The notes beneath the pieces were generated by a model, which searched no databases, was not told where the DNA came from, and worked only from the letters and a program-made list of their open reading frames with translations. Made by a program: the position numbers and the translations under genes. This document shows positions 37,630 through 49,138 of a DNA stretch of 64,000 bases, piece after piece (position 1 is the stretch's first letter; every line of letters begins with the position of its first letter). The DNA is from Chiloscyllium plagiosum (taxonomy: Eukaryota), in the NCBI RefSeq assembly GCF_004010195.1, contig NC_057752.1, positions 13,101,357 through 13,165,356 on the forward strand, written 5' to 3'.

Positions 37630-39610
37630 AATAGAGGCATAGAGATGTACAGCATGGAAACAGACCCTTCGGTCCAACCCATCCATGCCGACCAGATATC
37701 CAACCCAATCTATCCCCACCTGCCAGCACCCGGCCAATATCCCTCCAAACCCTTCCTATTCGTATAACCATCCAAATGCCTCTTAAATGTTGCAATTGTA
37801 CCAGCCTCCACCACTTCCTCTGGCAGCTCACCATCCATGCCGACCAGATATCCAACCCAATCTAGTCCCACCTGCCAGCACCCGGCCAATATCCCTCCAA
37901 ACCCTTCCTATTCGTATAACCATCCAAATGCCTCTTAAATGTTGCAATTGTACCAGCCTCCACCACTTCCTCTGGCAGCTCACTCCATACCCGTACCACC
38001 CTCTGTGTGAAAAAGTTGCCCCCTAGGTCTCTTTTATATCTTTCCCCTCTCACCCTAAACCTATGTCCTCTAGTTCTGGACTCCCCCATCCCAGGGAAAA
38101 GACTTTGTCTATTTACCCTATCCATGCCCCTCATAATTTTATAAACAAGGTCACCCCTCAGCTTCCGACGATCCAGGGAAAACAGCCCCAGCCTGTTCAG
38201 CCTCTCCCTGTAGCTCAACTCCTCCAACCCTGGCANNNNNNNNNNNNNNNNNNNNNNNNNNNNNNNNNNNNNNNNNNNNNNNNNNNNNNNNNNNNNNNNN
38301 NNNNNNNNNNNNNNNNNNNNNNNNNNNNNNNNNNNNNNNNNNNNNNNNNNNNNNNNNNNNNNNNNNNNNNNNNNNNNNNNNNNNNNNNNNNNNNNNNNNN
38401 NNNNNNNNNNNNNNNNNNNNNNNNNNNNNNNNNNNNNNNNNNNNNNNNNNNNNNNNNNNNNNNNNNNNNNNNNNNNNNNNNNNNNNNNNNNNNNNNNNNN
38501 NNNNNNNNNNNNNNNNNNNNNNNNNNNNNNNNNNNNNNNNNNNNNNNNNNNNNNNNNNNNNNNNNNNNNNNNNNNNNNNNNNNNNNNNNNNNNNNNNNNN
38601 NNNNNNNNNNNNNNNNNNNNNNNNNNNNNNNNNNNNNNNNNNNNNNNNNNNNNNNNNNNNNNNNNNNNNNNNNNNNNNNNNNNNNNNNNNNNNNNNNNNN
38701 NNNNNNNNNNNNNNNNNNNNNNNNNNNNNNNNNNNNNNNNNNNNNNNNNNNNNNNNNNNNNNNNNNNNNNNNNNNNNNNNNNNNNNNNNNNNNNNNNNNN
38801 NNNNNNNNNNNNNNNNNNNNNNNNNNNNNNNNNNNNNNNNNNNNNNNNNNNNNNNNNNNNNNNNNNNNNNNNNNNNNNNNNNNNNNNNNNNNNNNNNNNN
38901 NNNNNNNNNNNNNNNNNNNNNNNNNNNNNNNNNNNNNNNNNNNNNNNNNNNNNNNNNNNNNNNNNNNNNNNNNNNNNNNNNNNNNNNNNNNNNNNNNNNN
39001 NNNNNNNNNNNNNNNNNNNNNNNNNNNNNNNNNNNNNNNNNNNNNNNNNNNNNNNNNNNNNNNNNNNNNNNNNNNNNNNNNNNNNNNNNNNNNNNNNNNN
39101 NNNNNNNNNNNNNNNNNNNNNNNNNNNNNNNNNNNNNNNNNNNNNNNNNNNNNNNNNNNNNNNNNNNNNNNNNNNNNNNNNNNNNNNNNNNNNNNNNNNN
39201 NNNNNNNTACTGCCTTTATATTTTTCTAAGGATTCACTCGATCTATCCTGTCTATACCTGACATATGCTTCCTTCCTTTTCTTAACCAAATCCTCAATTT
39301 CTTTAGTCATCCAGCATCCCCTATACCTACCAGCCTTCCCTTTCACCCTGACAGGAAGATACTGTCTCTGGATTTCATTATCTCATTTCTCAAGGCTTCC
39401 CATTTTCCAGCCGTCCCTTTACCTGCGAACATCTGCTTTCGAAAGTTCTTGCCTAATACCATCAAAATTGGCCTTTCTACAATTTAGAACTTCAACTTTT
39501 AGATCTGGTCTATTCTTTTCCATCACTATTTTAAATCTAATAGAATTATGGTTGCTGGCCCCAAAGTGCTCCCCCACTGACACCTCAGTCACTTGCCCGG
39601 CCTTATTCTA
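37630..39610 (-). mobile_element. CR1/HER1 LINE spanning an assembly gap
   Basis: CR1 C-terminus lies left of the gap. WMTKEIEDLVKKRKEAY and gggagcactttggg..gaccataat (GEHFG.SDHN) lie right of it. Confidence 0.85.
38236..39207. other. Assembly gap (N run)
   Basis: Run of n. Confidence 1.
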
Positions 39611-40059
39611 ACAGCTTAATTTGAGCTCATTTATGTGCCTGTAAATGTAACATTTGTATTATAATGAATGTCTGTTGGATTTTTTAATGCCATGATGTGC
39701 TGTTTCTTTGACATCAGCTTTGCCATAACAGGTAAAACATCCTTTTGGAAGGCGAATTCGCCTCACTCTCCTCACTGGGTGTGGAATCCCTCAACACCAC
39801 TGTCTGCCACCAGGGGCTCTCTGCTGAAAAGTCAAGACAACCCCATCCGCCCACACCCTCCTTCACTTGGCTGAGCTCAGTCTCTCATCAATCCACTCCC
39901 TCCAAAGAAAAGGTGTTGCTGTGGGGACCGGCCCAGATCCCAATTGTGCCTGTTGTTCTGTGGTATATGTGGAACCCTCCTTGTTCCGAATCTATTCCCT
40001 CCCCTCATTAATGATTGGATTGGATTGGTGCCATTTCCAGCTGTCTCTCTGAATAGGAA

Positions 40060-41200
40060 GATTTTATCAACTTTGTTTCCAATTTCCACCCTTCCCTGAC
40101 CTTCTCATCACATTCTCTTCCCTTCTCTTCTTTGACTTCTCAGTCTCCATTTCTGGGACTGGGCTGCCAATGGATATTCGTTACATGCTCACTCACTCCC
40201 ACAGGTCCCTCAAAGACACTTCCTCATACCCTTCATCCATTAATGCCTCTATTCCATTGTCCCAGTTTCTCCATCTCCACCTCATGTGTCCTGATGCTTC
40301 AGTGCCGCTGCCTCTGGTATGACTTACCTTTCTGCAAAGTAAATTGCCTACAGTGGTTGACAGGTTCTTTAGCTGTGCCCACATTGTTCCCCACATTTCT
40401 GCTCATACCCCTTCCTCTCTTTCTCTCTCAGAAACAAGATCAGCTCCCGGGTGTCCTCACTTTCCACCCACATGCATGTATAGTGAATCAGCCTCTGCCA
40501 TTTCCCTCAGTTCCAGCATGACATTCTTCGTGAATACATCACATATTCCCCCTTTGACGTTTCATTCCCTCTACAATATCTCTGACTACTCAGTCACCTC
40601 CTACAATCCCATCCTTTCCCCTGTGCTTATCCATGTCCTTTTATCTCATCCCTCCTCACCACCTGAGGCTCCAAACACTCCTTCCAGGTGAAGCAGCAAC
40701 TTACTTGGAATTCTTTCAACTCAGTATACAATATCCACTGCTCGTGATGCAAGCTGCTCTGTCCATGTTATATCTGCCAGTCAGTATGTAAGTCTATCTT
40801 CAAGAGATTAAATATGTCACTCTACTTCTAAGAGATATGCTTATGACATAATCACTGTATCATAGCATGTGACCTGAGGAGGGATGATGATCTCAGACTC
40901 CATTGTAACTGAAATCGCCTTATGCATGACATGCTATTGAAAGCATGTTCCACTATGTCGCCTAATAGCTTAATGTTAGCTGAAACACTGGTGTGCCTGT
41001 GAATGTAATAATTGTATTGAATAGTTAATTGTAATAAGCTTCTGCTCACAATGGCTTCTGTTCAACACTGGCAAGATCAAATGGCAGTCTCGGTGACTAT
41101 TTCATTCGCCACCTTCTTCCTGCGCTGACCTCTCTGTCCTTGACCTGCTGTATTGTTCCAATTAAGCTCAAAGCACAGCACCTCATTTGTCAATGAAGGT
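40060..41200 (+). mobile_element. Old Penelope-like element remnant (RT C-terminus plus GIY-YIG), interrupted at about 40760-41040
   Basis: Broken frames FINFVSNFHPSLTF..SVSISG..DIRY..SQFLHLH..C and PKHSFQVKQ..T.NS.N.VY.IHCS.C resemble PLE RT thumb and GIY-YIG linker. Confidence 0.6.
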
Positions 41201-41411
41201 ATGAACTTCCCTGTTGGAGCGAAGGCCTGGAGGCCAGTGCAGCTACCAACAAAATGTTAGGAAATAGCTTGGTACTTTGATTCTTTTTTCTCATCTAGTC
41301 TGAGCTGTTTGTTTACTCTTCGATCTGTAGTCCATCTTTTCCTGTCATGGTTTGTTTGTCATTTTCTGAATATTAAGCCTCTTTCGTCCTTTTTAAAGGC
41401 ACTGTCTTGGT

Positions 41412-41880
41412 GTCATAGAGATGTACAAGCAAGGAAACAGACCCTTTGGTCCAAATCGTCCATGCCGACCAGATATCCTAAATTAATCTAGTCCCACCTG
41501 CCAGCACCCGGCCCATATCCCTCCAAACCCTTCCTATTCATATACCCACACAGATGCCTTTTAAATGTTGTAATTGTACCAGTCTCCACCACTTCCTCTG
41601 GCAGCTCATTCCATACACGCACCACCCTCTGTGTGAAAACGTTGCCCTTTAGTTCCCTTTTATATCTTTCCCCTCTCACCCTAAACCTATGCCTCCTAGT
41701 TCTGGACCTCCACACCCCAGGGAAAAGACCTTGGTTATTTATCCTATCCATGCCCCTCACAATTTTATAAACCTCTATAAGGTCACCCCTCAGCTTCTGA
41801 TGCTCCAGGGAAAACAGCCCCAGCCTGTTCAGCCTCTCCAACCCTCCAACCCTGGCAACATCCTTGTAAATCTTTTCTGA
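41412..41880 (-). mobile_element. CR1/HER1 3' fragment
   Basis: ORF 41488..41841. Confidence 0.9.
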
Positions 41881-43606
41881 ATCTTCTCAGTTTAGGCTCC
41901 AACCAGAGGAAAGGGTAAAGAGAGAGAAACTAATCAACTAATTTATTCATTTATAATGTCTGAATGAGATCAGCCCAATATTCCATAGCCAAGCAGCCAC
42001 ACTCCTAATCAATGCAACCTTGCCACATCAACAGCCCCCTGTAGCACCATGATAGTTTTGGTGGTCTGTGTTCCAAACAAAGTTATACAATGTTTGCAGG
42101 TGAATAACTAACAGAACCTAAATTGGAGCAACTGGCCTTTTGTCAAGCATGATCGTCCTTTCAGAAACCCTACATTGGCCGCTTCTAACTATTTTCCCTA
42201 TATCTAGATGTTCAGTCATTTTAGCTACAATTCCAGATTACAGTTTTTTATTTCCCAACCTGATGTAAACTAACTGGTTTGTAATTACTTGGGTTTGTTC
42301 TGTCTTCTGTTCTGAAGTTGCAGATTGAATTGGTCATCCTCCAATACACAGCGACCCTCAGTATAGAAAATAGGAGCAGGAATAGGCCATTTGGCCCTTC
42401 GAGCCTGCTCCCCCATTCAATAGGATCATGGTTCATCATCCAACTCAGTCTCCTGTTCCTACTTTCTCTCAATGCCCTTTGATCCCTTTAGAATTATACT
42501 TATCTCCTTTGAAAGATTCGATATTTTGGCCTCAGTGACTTATCGGAGAATTTCACAGGATCCCCACTCTCTGGGTGAAGACATTTCTCCTCAGCTCAGG
42601 CCTAAATGGCCTTCCCCCGTATCCTTAGATTGTGGACCCTGGTTTTGGATTCCCTGGTCATCGGGAACATCCTTCCTGTGTTTACCCTGTCTAGTCCGGT
42701 TGGAATTCTATAGGTCCCCTTTCATTCAGTAGACCACTAGAGAAACCATTTCTCCGGCTATGGCCTTTCCCGTAGCAGCCTTGAATGTACTTTGGTCAGC
42801 ATGGACCATTTTGAGCCGAAGGGCCTGTCTCCGTGCTGTAGCACTCTATGAGGCATTGAGCTGGACAAATCCGTCTGTGACATATTTATCCTCACATCCT
42901 TCATCATGTTTCCATTCAATTTACAATTTACTTTGCACCTAGTGACCTTCACATTTGTAAACACTGAAGTGAAGGACTTAAGTATCCTCAATAATTTTCA
43001 TAACCACTCTCCATGATCTTTGTGCTCCTCCAATTTTGTTTGTAGTGATTGTAATGAAGTCATCCAGCTGGACATCATAGAATATAAATTCCCTGATTGT
43101 GGTCAGCTAAATTAACAGCCCCAAAGAAGGAATGTCAGGGATATTGAATTGCTGAATGCCTGATTCGGTGAGATGCAGTGCTTTTGTCAAAGGCTGGGCA
43201 TTTGTGAAGAAAGGGTGACTGGTAATGGGATGCTGGCCTCTGAGGGGTTATTTCATTCTTACCCAATTTTAATTGCTCCGCCATTAGTGGCTGTGCCTTC
43301 AGCTGTCTGTACCCTGAACTTCCCTCCTTAAACCTCTCCACCTTCTACCTGCTTCTTCTCATCAAACTTCTTAAACCAGCTTTTACTCTTCCTGGTGTAA
43401 ATTGTGGCCCAATTCCAAATGTTGTGTGTAGATGCTCCAGTGAACATTTAACTACACTCATGGCATTATCAGAATGTAATTGTTGTTGCAATTCTCAGCC
43501 CAAAATACTAGGTTTAGCTCCACACTTCAGAGAGTGTGGAAAGGGCTGGCGAAAAATGCTCGTCCTGTAATTTACTGAGTATTTTGTTTCTCTTTCTGAA
43601 ATGCAG

Positions 43607-43787
43607 GTTAGCTGCCTGGGCCTTGAAGACACTGTGGACAACGACCCTTGTAAATTTGCCTTGACCTCACGTGGGACAGATGGGAATGTGGTGCGATACG
43701 TCTTACAAGCTACTAATCCGGAAATCCAGCAGGCCTGGGTTTCAAACGTTAGTCAGATCCTGGAAACGCAACGTAACTTTTTGAATG
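43607..43787 (+). CDS. ARHGEF25: ARHGEF25-like exon F (PH domain): VSCLGLEDTVDNDPCKFALTSRG...QAWVSNVSQILETQRNFLN
   Basis: tgcag acceptor, 181 nt ending in phase 1, gtgcgt donor. Matches ORF 43601..43816. Confidence 0.93.
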
Positions 43788-44559
43788 GTGCGTGGAAGGC
43801 CAAGGGTTACTCCTGAATTAGAAAGAAACCTCTGTCCCCAGGGTCTTTTAAGTGTTTATTCTTTCACAGTTATGTGAGTGTCAATGACTGGAGCAGCGTT
43901 TTTTTGCTCATCCCTAATTCCCTCTTGAGAAGGTGGTGATGAGCTGCCATCTTGAGCGACTGTAGTCCATGTGGTGACTGCAAGGTTAGTTTGAATGTGA
44001 ACCTGGGTTCCCAGCTATCGCTCCAAACGAGGTCATGTTCCTGATTTTTATTGTCACCGTGGAAGGGGCCCCACCATTGCCATTCTCGCTGCTCTCTCTG
44101 ACTCAAAACTGAGGCCCTTGCCCTCTCAGGTGGATGGACATTGATGTGCAGCAGAGTTGAACATGGTGTCATGGGTAACATTTATCCATCTGTCAAACAT
44201 TGCAAAGAAAACCGATGAGGTGTTACACCCGTCAGCGCTGTTTGTGGGATCTTGCTGTGCACAAAATGATTGCCACGTTTGCAATGTTGAATGACACTTC
44301 CAAAAGCACTGCATTGGCTGTAAAGCATTGGAGACATGTAGAGTGATGACAGGAGTGCCACACAGTTGTCCTCTAGAAAAGGGGAAAACCAGTGGGAGCC
44401 CAGAAGCAGAAAGTTTTGTCGATCACTAGTACCGTCCCTATCTCTGGGCAAGAAGTTCATGTCCTGCTTCAGAGCTTGTTGGGTTAGGTTAGGACAGGAC
44501 TCACAAAAAGGTGGCCAAACAGGCTGATAGTCCTCCTCTAAATCTTTCCAATGTGCCTG

Positions 44560-46080
44560 ATAGTGACTGGGAGAGATAGGTGGTCAGCTATATTGCAGTG
44601 CCAAGCATCAGCATAATCTAAAATATCTCTAAGGTATTTCCCATGGTCACCAATGGGACCACGCTGCAGATATAGTGGAGACATTAGTTGGAATATCCCA
44701 GAGCCCATTAGATTCTGGAAGAGTTCCAGCAGATTGGAAAAACGCCAATGTGACACCCCTGTTCAAGACTGTGACCAGAGACAGAAATCAGGAAACTATA
44801 ATTAGCTGTTGTTGGGAAAATGCTAGTGTCCATTATCAAGGAAGAAATAGCAGGTCAGTTAGAAAAGCTTATTGCAGTCAGAAGGAGTCAACATGATTTT
44901 GTGAAAGGGAAATCATGGTTGATGAATTTACTTGAGTTCTTCAACCCTGAGTTGAGGGTGGTGGGGCTCTGGAAGGCATTGCCTGGGAGGGTGGTTGAGG
45001 GGGGGAACCTCAGACCCTTTAAAAAGTACTTGGATGAGCACTTGAGGTGTCATAACTGCAAGGCTATGGGGCCTAGTGAAGGAAGATGGGGCTAGTGTTG
45101 GTAGTAATATATTTTTTGGCAGTACAGATTTGATGGGCTAAAGGCCTCTTATGTACTGTATGTTCCTATTGTTCCATGAAGGGGAACTAGTAGATGTAGG
45201 GTATTGGATTTCCAGAAGGCATTCAATAAAGATGCCATGTAAAAGGTTACTGCACAAGATAGGAGCCCACAGTATTGTGGGTAATGTATTTGCATGGACT
45301 GAGGGTTAGTTAATACACAGAAGACAAAATCAGGATTAATGGGTCTCTTTCAGCTTGGAAATACATAACTAGTGGAGTGCCACAAGGATCAATCCTAGGG
45401 CGTATATTTACTCTCAATATTGGAAGAGGGGGCAGATCGTAATGTCTCCAAATTTGCTGAAAATAGGTGAGAGGGCATGTTATGGGAAGGAATCTGCAAG
45501 GGGATCTAGCTAGGTTGAGTGAGTGGCCATAAACATGGCAGATAGAGTTTAATGTAGGAAAGTATGAGCTCACACACTTTAAAAAGAATTAAAAGTCAGA
45601 CTGTGATTTAAACGGAGAGAGATTCCAGAACAAAGGACAGTGCAGAGGGATCTGGGTGTTCCTGAGCATGAAACACAAAACATTAACATGGGGCCAGCAA
45701 TAAGAAGGGGAATGGAATTCTGCGTGAGAGTGGCTCGAGTTTTAAAAAAACAGGGAAGTCTTGTTACGACAGTAAGGGTGTTGGTGAGGCCACATCTAGA
45801 CTTCTGTGTACAGTTCAGGTCCCTGTATTTCAGAAAGGATGGACTGGTATTGGAGACAGTTCCAAACAGATTCACTCAGCCGATTCCTGGGCTGGAGGCA
45901 TTGACTGATCAAGAACAGCTAAAGAGGTTAGGCGTTTATTCATTAGAGTTTAGAGGAATGAGGGTGATCTTAATAAAACAGACACAATTCTGAGGAGGGG
46001 GGTAACAGGGAAGATATTGAGATGTTTCCCCTCATTGGGGGAATTTCGAACTGGGGGGGCACAGTTACAGGATAAGGATT
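44560..46080 (+). mobile_element. Decayed CR1 RT region, with another CR1 3' piece inserted at about 44950-45175
   Basis: VPADWKNANVTPLFK; SQHDFVKGKSWLMNLLEFF; LVRPHLDFCVQF. Confidence 0.8.
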
Positions 46081-46946
46081 AAAACTGAGAGGTGAAGGAA
46101 TTTCTGCTCCCATTGTTCTTATTGTTATTGTCATTTGGCTTAAGTTTACAATCTGATACACTCCCATTAATTCCTTGAAAAGTGTTGAGGTGGTGAGAGA
46201 TCCTGATCTGCTCTTTTATCTTCCTTTTTCTTTCTCACTCTGTCTTTCTCTCTCTTTTTCTGCATGGCCCTCCCTAACTCATTAATTGCCTCTCATCCTG
46301 TACCCCCCGAGATCCCTGCACTCCTCCATTTCTAGACTCTGGTACATGACTGGTTTCCATCACTCTAACATTGCTGCCAGGGCCTGAAACCCTGCAATCC
46401 CCTCCACATACCTCTCTGCCTCTTGACCCTTCTCTCCACCTTTAAGATGCACCTTACAGTCTATTTGAGGAAAATGGTTGTGTAGTGATAATGGGAGATG
46501 GGTTCCACTCCCACATTGGTAGATGGTGAAACTAGAATTCAATATTAAAAATAATATCTAGAATAAAGAGTTGGCCTAATGTTGACCACCATCAATTGTC
46601 AGAAAAATCCCATTTGGTTCACTACTGTCCTTTAGGGAAAGAAACTGCCATCCTTACCAGATGGCCTACATGTGACTCCAGACTCACAGCAATGGTGATT
46701 GACTCTTAACTACCCTTTGGGCAATTAGGCATGGGCAATAAATGCATGAATGAATTAAGAAAAAGCATTACCTTTTCAGCCAAAGTTTTGGTGCCTTACC
46801 TTAGTATTACCTTTTGCAGCTCAATGTCACATTGTGTATTTTTACATTCATCTGCAGTGCCTTGGGGGCACTGTGCAGATGCAGTTGTTGTTGCATGGAA
46901 GAAGGTTTTGATGTGAAGTATAAAGCCTTTCATTCTGTTTTCACAG

Positions 46947-47191
46947 CTCTGCAATCTCCGATTGAATATCAAAGGAGGGAAAACAAATCCAACAGCTTGG
47001 GAAGACCCCGCGATGCCAGGACAGCACTCTCCATCTCAGCTGGCATGAGGCCCCATTCTTCTGCATCCATGGACAGGAACCAGTTTCCCTCAATGAAGGC
47101 CTACAACACCTCACTGCCAACATTGTTTCTCCCGCCCAGCAGGACTGGCAGTGCCACCCTGGAAACAAATCAGCTGCCATGTCATGGGAAG
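46947..47191 (+). CDS. ARHGEF25: ARHGEF25-like exon G (post-PH helix and C-terminal region): ALQSPIEYQRRENKSNSLGRP...LPCHGK
   Basis: ttttcacag acceptor in phase 1 completes the Ala codon G|CT; gtaagc donor follows 47191. ALQSPIEYQRRE..NSLGRP is characteristic of p63RhoGEF. Confidence 0.9.
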
Positions 47192-47714
47192 GTAAGCTCC
47201 ACTTTCTGAAGGGGCCTCGTCAGCAGTGCTTTCCAAAGGATGAGGTTGGGACTCCTTCCCTTGCCCCCCCCCAAAGAAAATGGTCTGTGAGCTCAGGGGC
47301 AACAATGGGCATCGCCTAATAACCTGCTTCTACCAGGTCTATATTCCTTCCAGCCCCTGCTACCGCCACTCTCAGTTCTCATTGGGTGGAGGGGTCGGAA
47401 CAGTTTTTAAGCCTCGAATTGGGGTCACTATGGGAAAATGTTGGGGATTATTGCTTTGAGGCGCCATTTAATGTGTCCACGCTTTTTTTTCTATGACTCA
47501 GAGCTCCAGTTTGGCAGGAGGGCGGGCAGGGGGGTTGTAATCATCCTGGGGTCCTTTCTCATCGTCCCTTATGTAGTATGTTTTGTGGACATCAGGTAGG
47601 AGAGGTGTTCGGTAGTGCCCAGTGCCAGTGGGAAACATTCCCAAGCAAGGAATGAAGTGGGATGGTTTTGTCACTGGCAGAGTAAGATTGCTATAAACAG
47701 GCCTGAAAAGTTCC

Positions 47715-49138
47715 AAGGAGACTGGAGTTGGTTAACGTGGTGCCACTGTTTAAGAAGGATGGTAAGGACAAGCCAGGGAATTATAGACCAGTGAGCCTGA
47801 CATCGCTGGTGGGTAAGTTGTTGGAGGGAGTCCTGAGCGACAGGATTTACACGTATTTGGAAAGGCAAGGACTGATAAGGGATAGTCAACATGGCTTTGT
47901 GTGTGGGAAATCATGTCTCACAAACTTGATTGAGTATTTTGAATCAATGAGGGCAGAGCAGTGGATGTGATCTATGTGGACGTCAGTAAGGTGTTCGACA
48001 AGGTTCCCCATGGGAGACTGATTAGCAAGGTTAGATCTCATGGAATAGAGGGAGGGCTAGCCATGTGGATACAGAACTGGCTCAAAGGTAGAAGACAGAG
48101 GGTGGTGGAAGAGGGTTGTTTTTCAGACTGGAGGCCTGTGACCAGTGGAGTGCCACAAGGATCGATGCTGGGTCCACTACTTTTCATCATTTATATAAAT
48201 GCTTTGGATGTGACCTTAGGAGGTATAGTTAGTAAGTTTTCAGATGACACTAAAATTGGAGGTGTAGTGGACAGCGAAGGAGGTTACCTCAGATTACAAC
48301 AGGATCTTGATCAGATGGGCCAATGGGCTGAAGAGTGGCAGATGGAGTTTAATTTAGATAAATGTGAGGTGCTGCATTTTGGAAAAGAAAATTAGAGCAG
48401 GACTTATACACTTAAAGGTAAGGGCCGAGGGAGTTTGCTGAACAAAGAGACCTTGGAATGCAGGTACATAGCTCCTTGAAAGTGGAGTTGCAGGTAGATA
48501 GGATAGTGAAGAAGGTATTTGGTATGCTTTCCTTTATTGGTCAGAGTATTGAGTACAGGAGTTGGGAGGTCACGTTGCGGCTGTTCAGGACAGCGGTTAG
48601 GCCACTGTTGGAATACTGCATGCAATTCTGGTCTCCTTCCTATCGGAAAGATGTTGTGAAACTTGAAAGGGTTTAGAAAAGATTTACAAGGATGTTGCCA
48701 GGGTTGGAGGATTTGAGCTATAGGGAGGGGCTGGGGCTTTTTTCCCTGGAGGGACAGAAGGCTGAGGAGTGACCTTATAGAGGTTTATAAAATCATGAGG
48801 GGCACGGATAGGATAAATAGACACAATCTTTTCCGTGGGGTGGGGGGAATCCAGAACTAGAGGGCATAGGTTTAGGGTGAGAGGGGAAACAGACCCAAGG
48901 GGCAATGTTTTCACGCAGAAAGTGGTGTGTGTATGGAATGAGCTGCCAGAGGAAGTGATGGAGGCTGGTACAATTACAACATTTAAAAGGCATCTAGATG
49001 GGTATATGAATAGGAAGGGTTTGGAGGAATATGGGCCAGGTGCTGGCCGGTGGGACAAGATTGAGTGGGATATCTGGGGGGCATGGACGAGTTGGACCAA
49101 AGGGTCTGTTTCTGTGCTGTACATCTCTAGGACTCTAT
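47715..49138 (+). mobile_element. CR1/HER1 LINE, RT to 3' tail
   Basis: PGNYRPVSLTS, SQHGF..KSCLTNL, GVPQGSMLGP..FSDDTKIGG, WNELPEEV. Confidence 0.92.

Noticed and set aside
37862..39346. Long ORFs of 494 and 388 aa (and those at 54536-55207)
   Set aside because: Artefacts of translating N runs.
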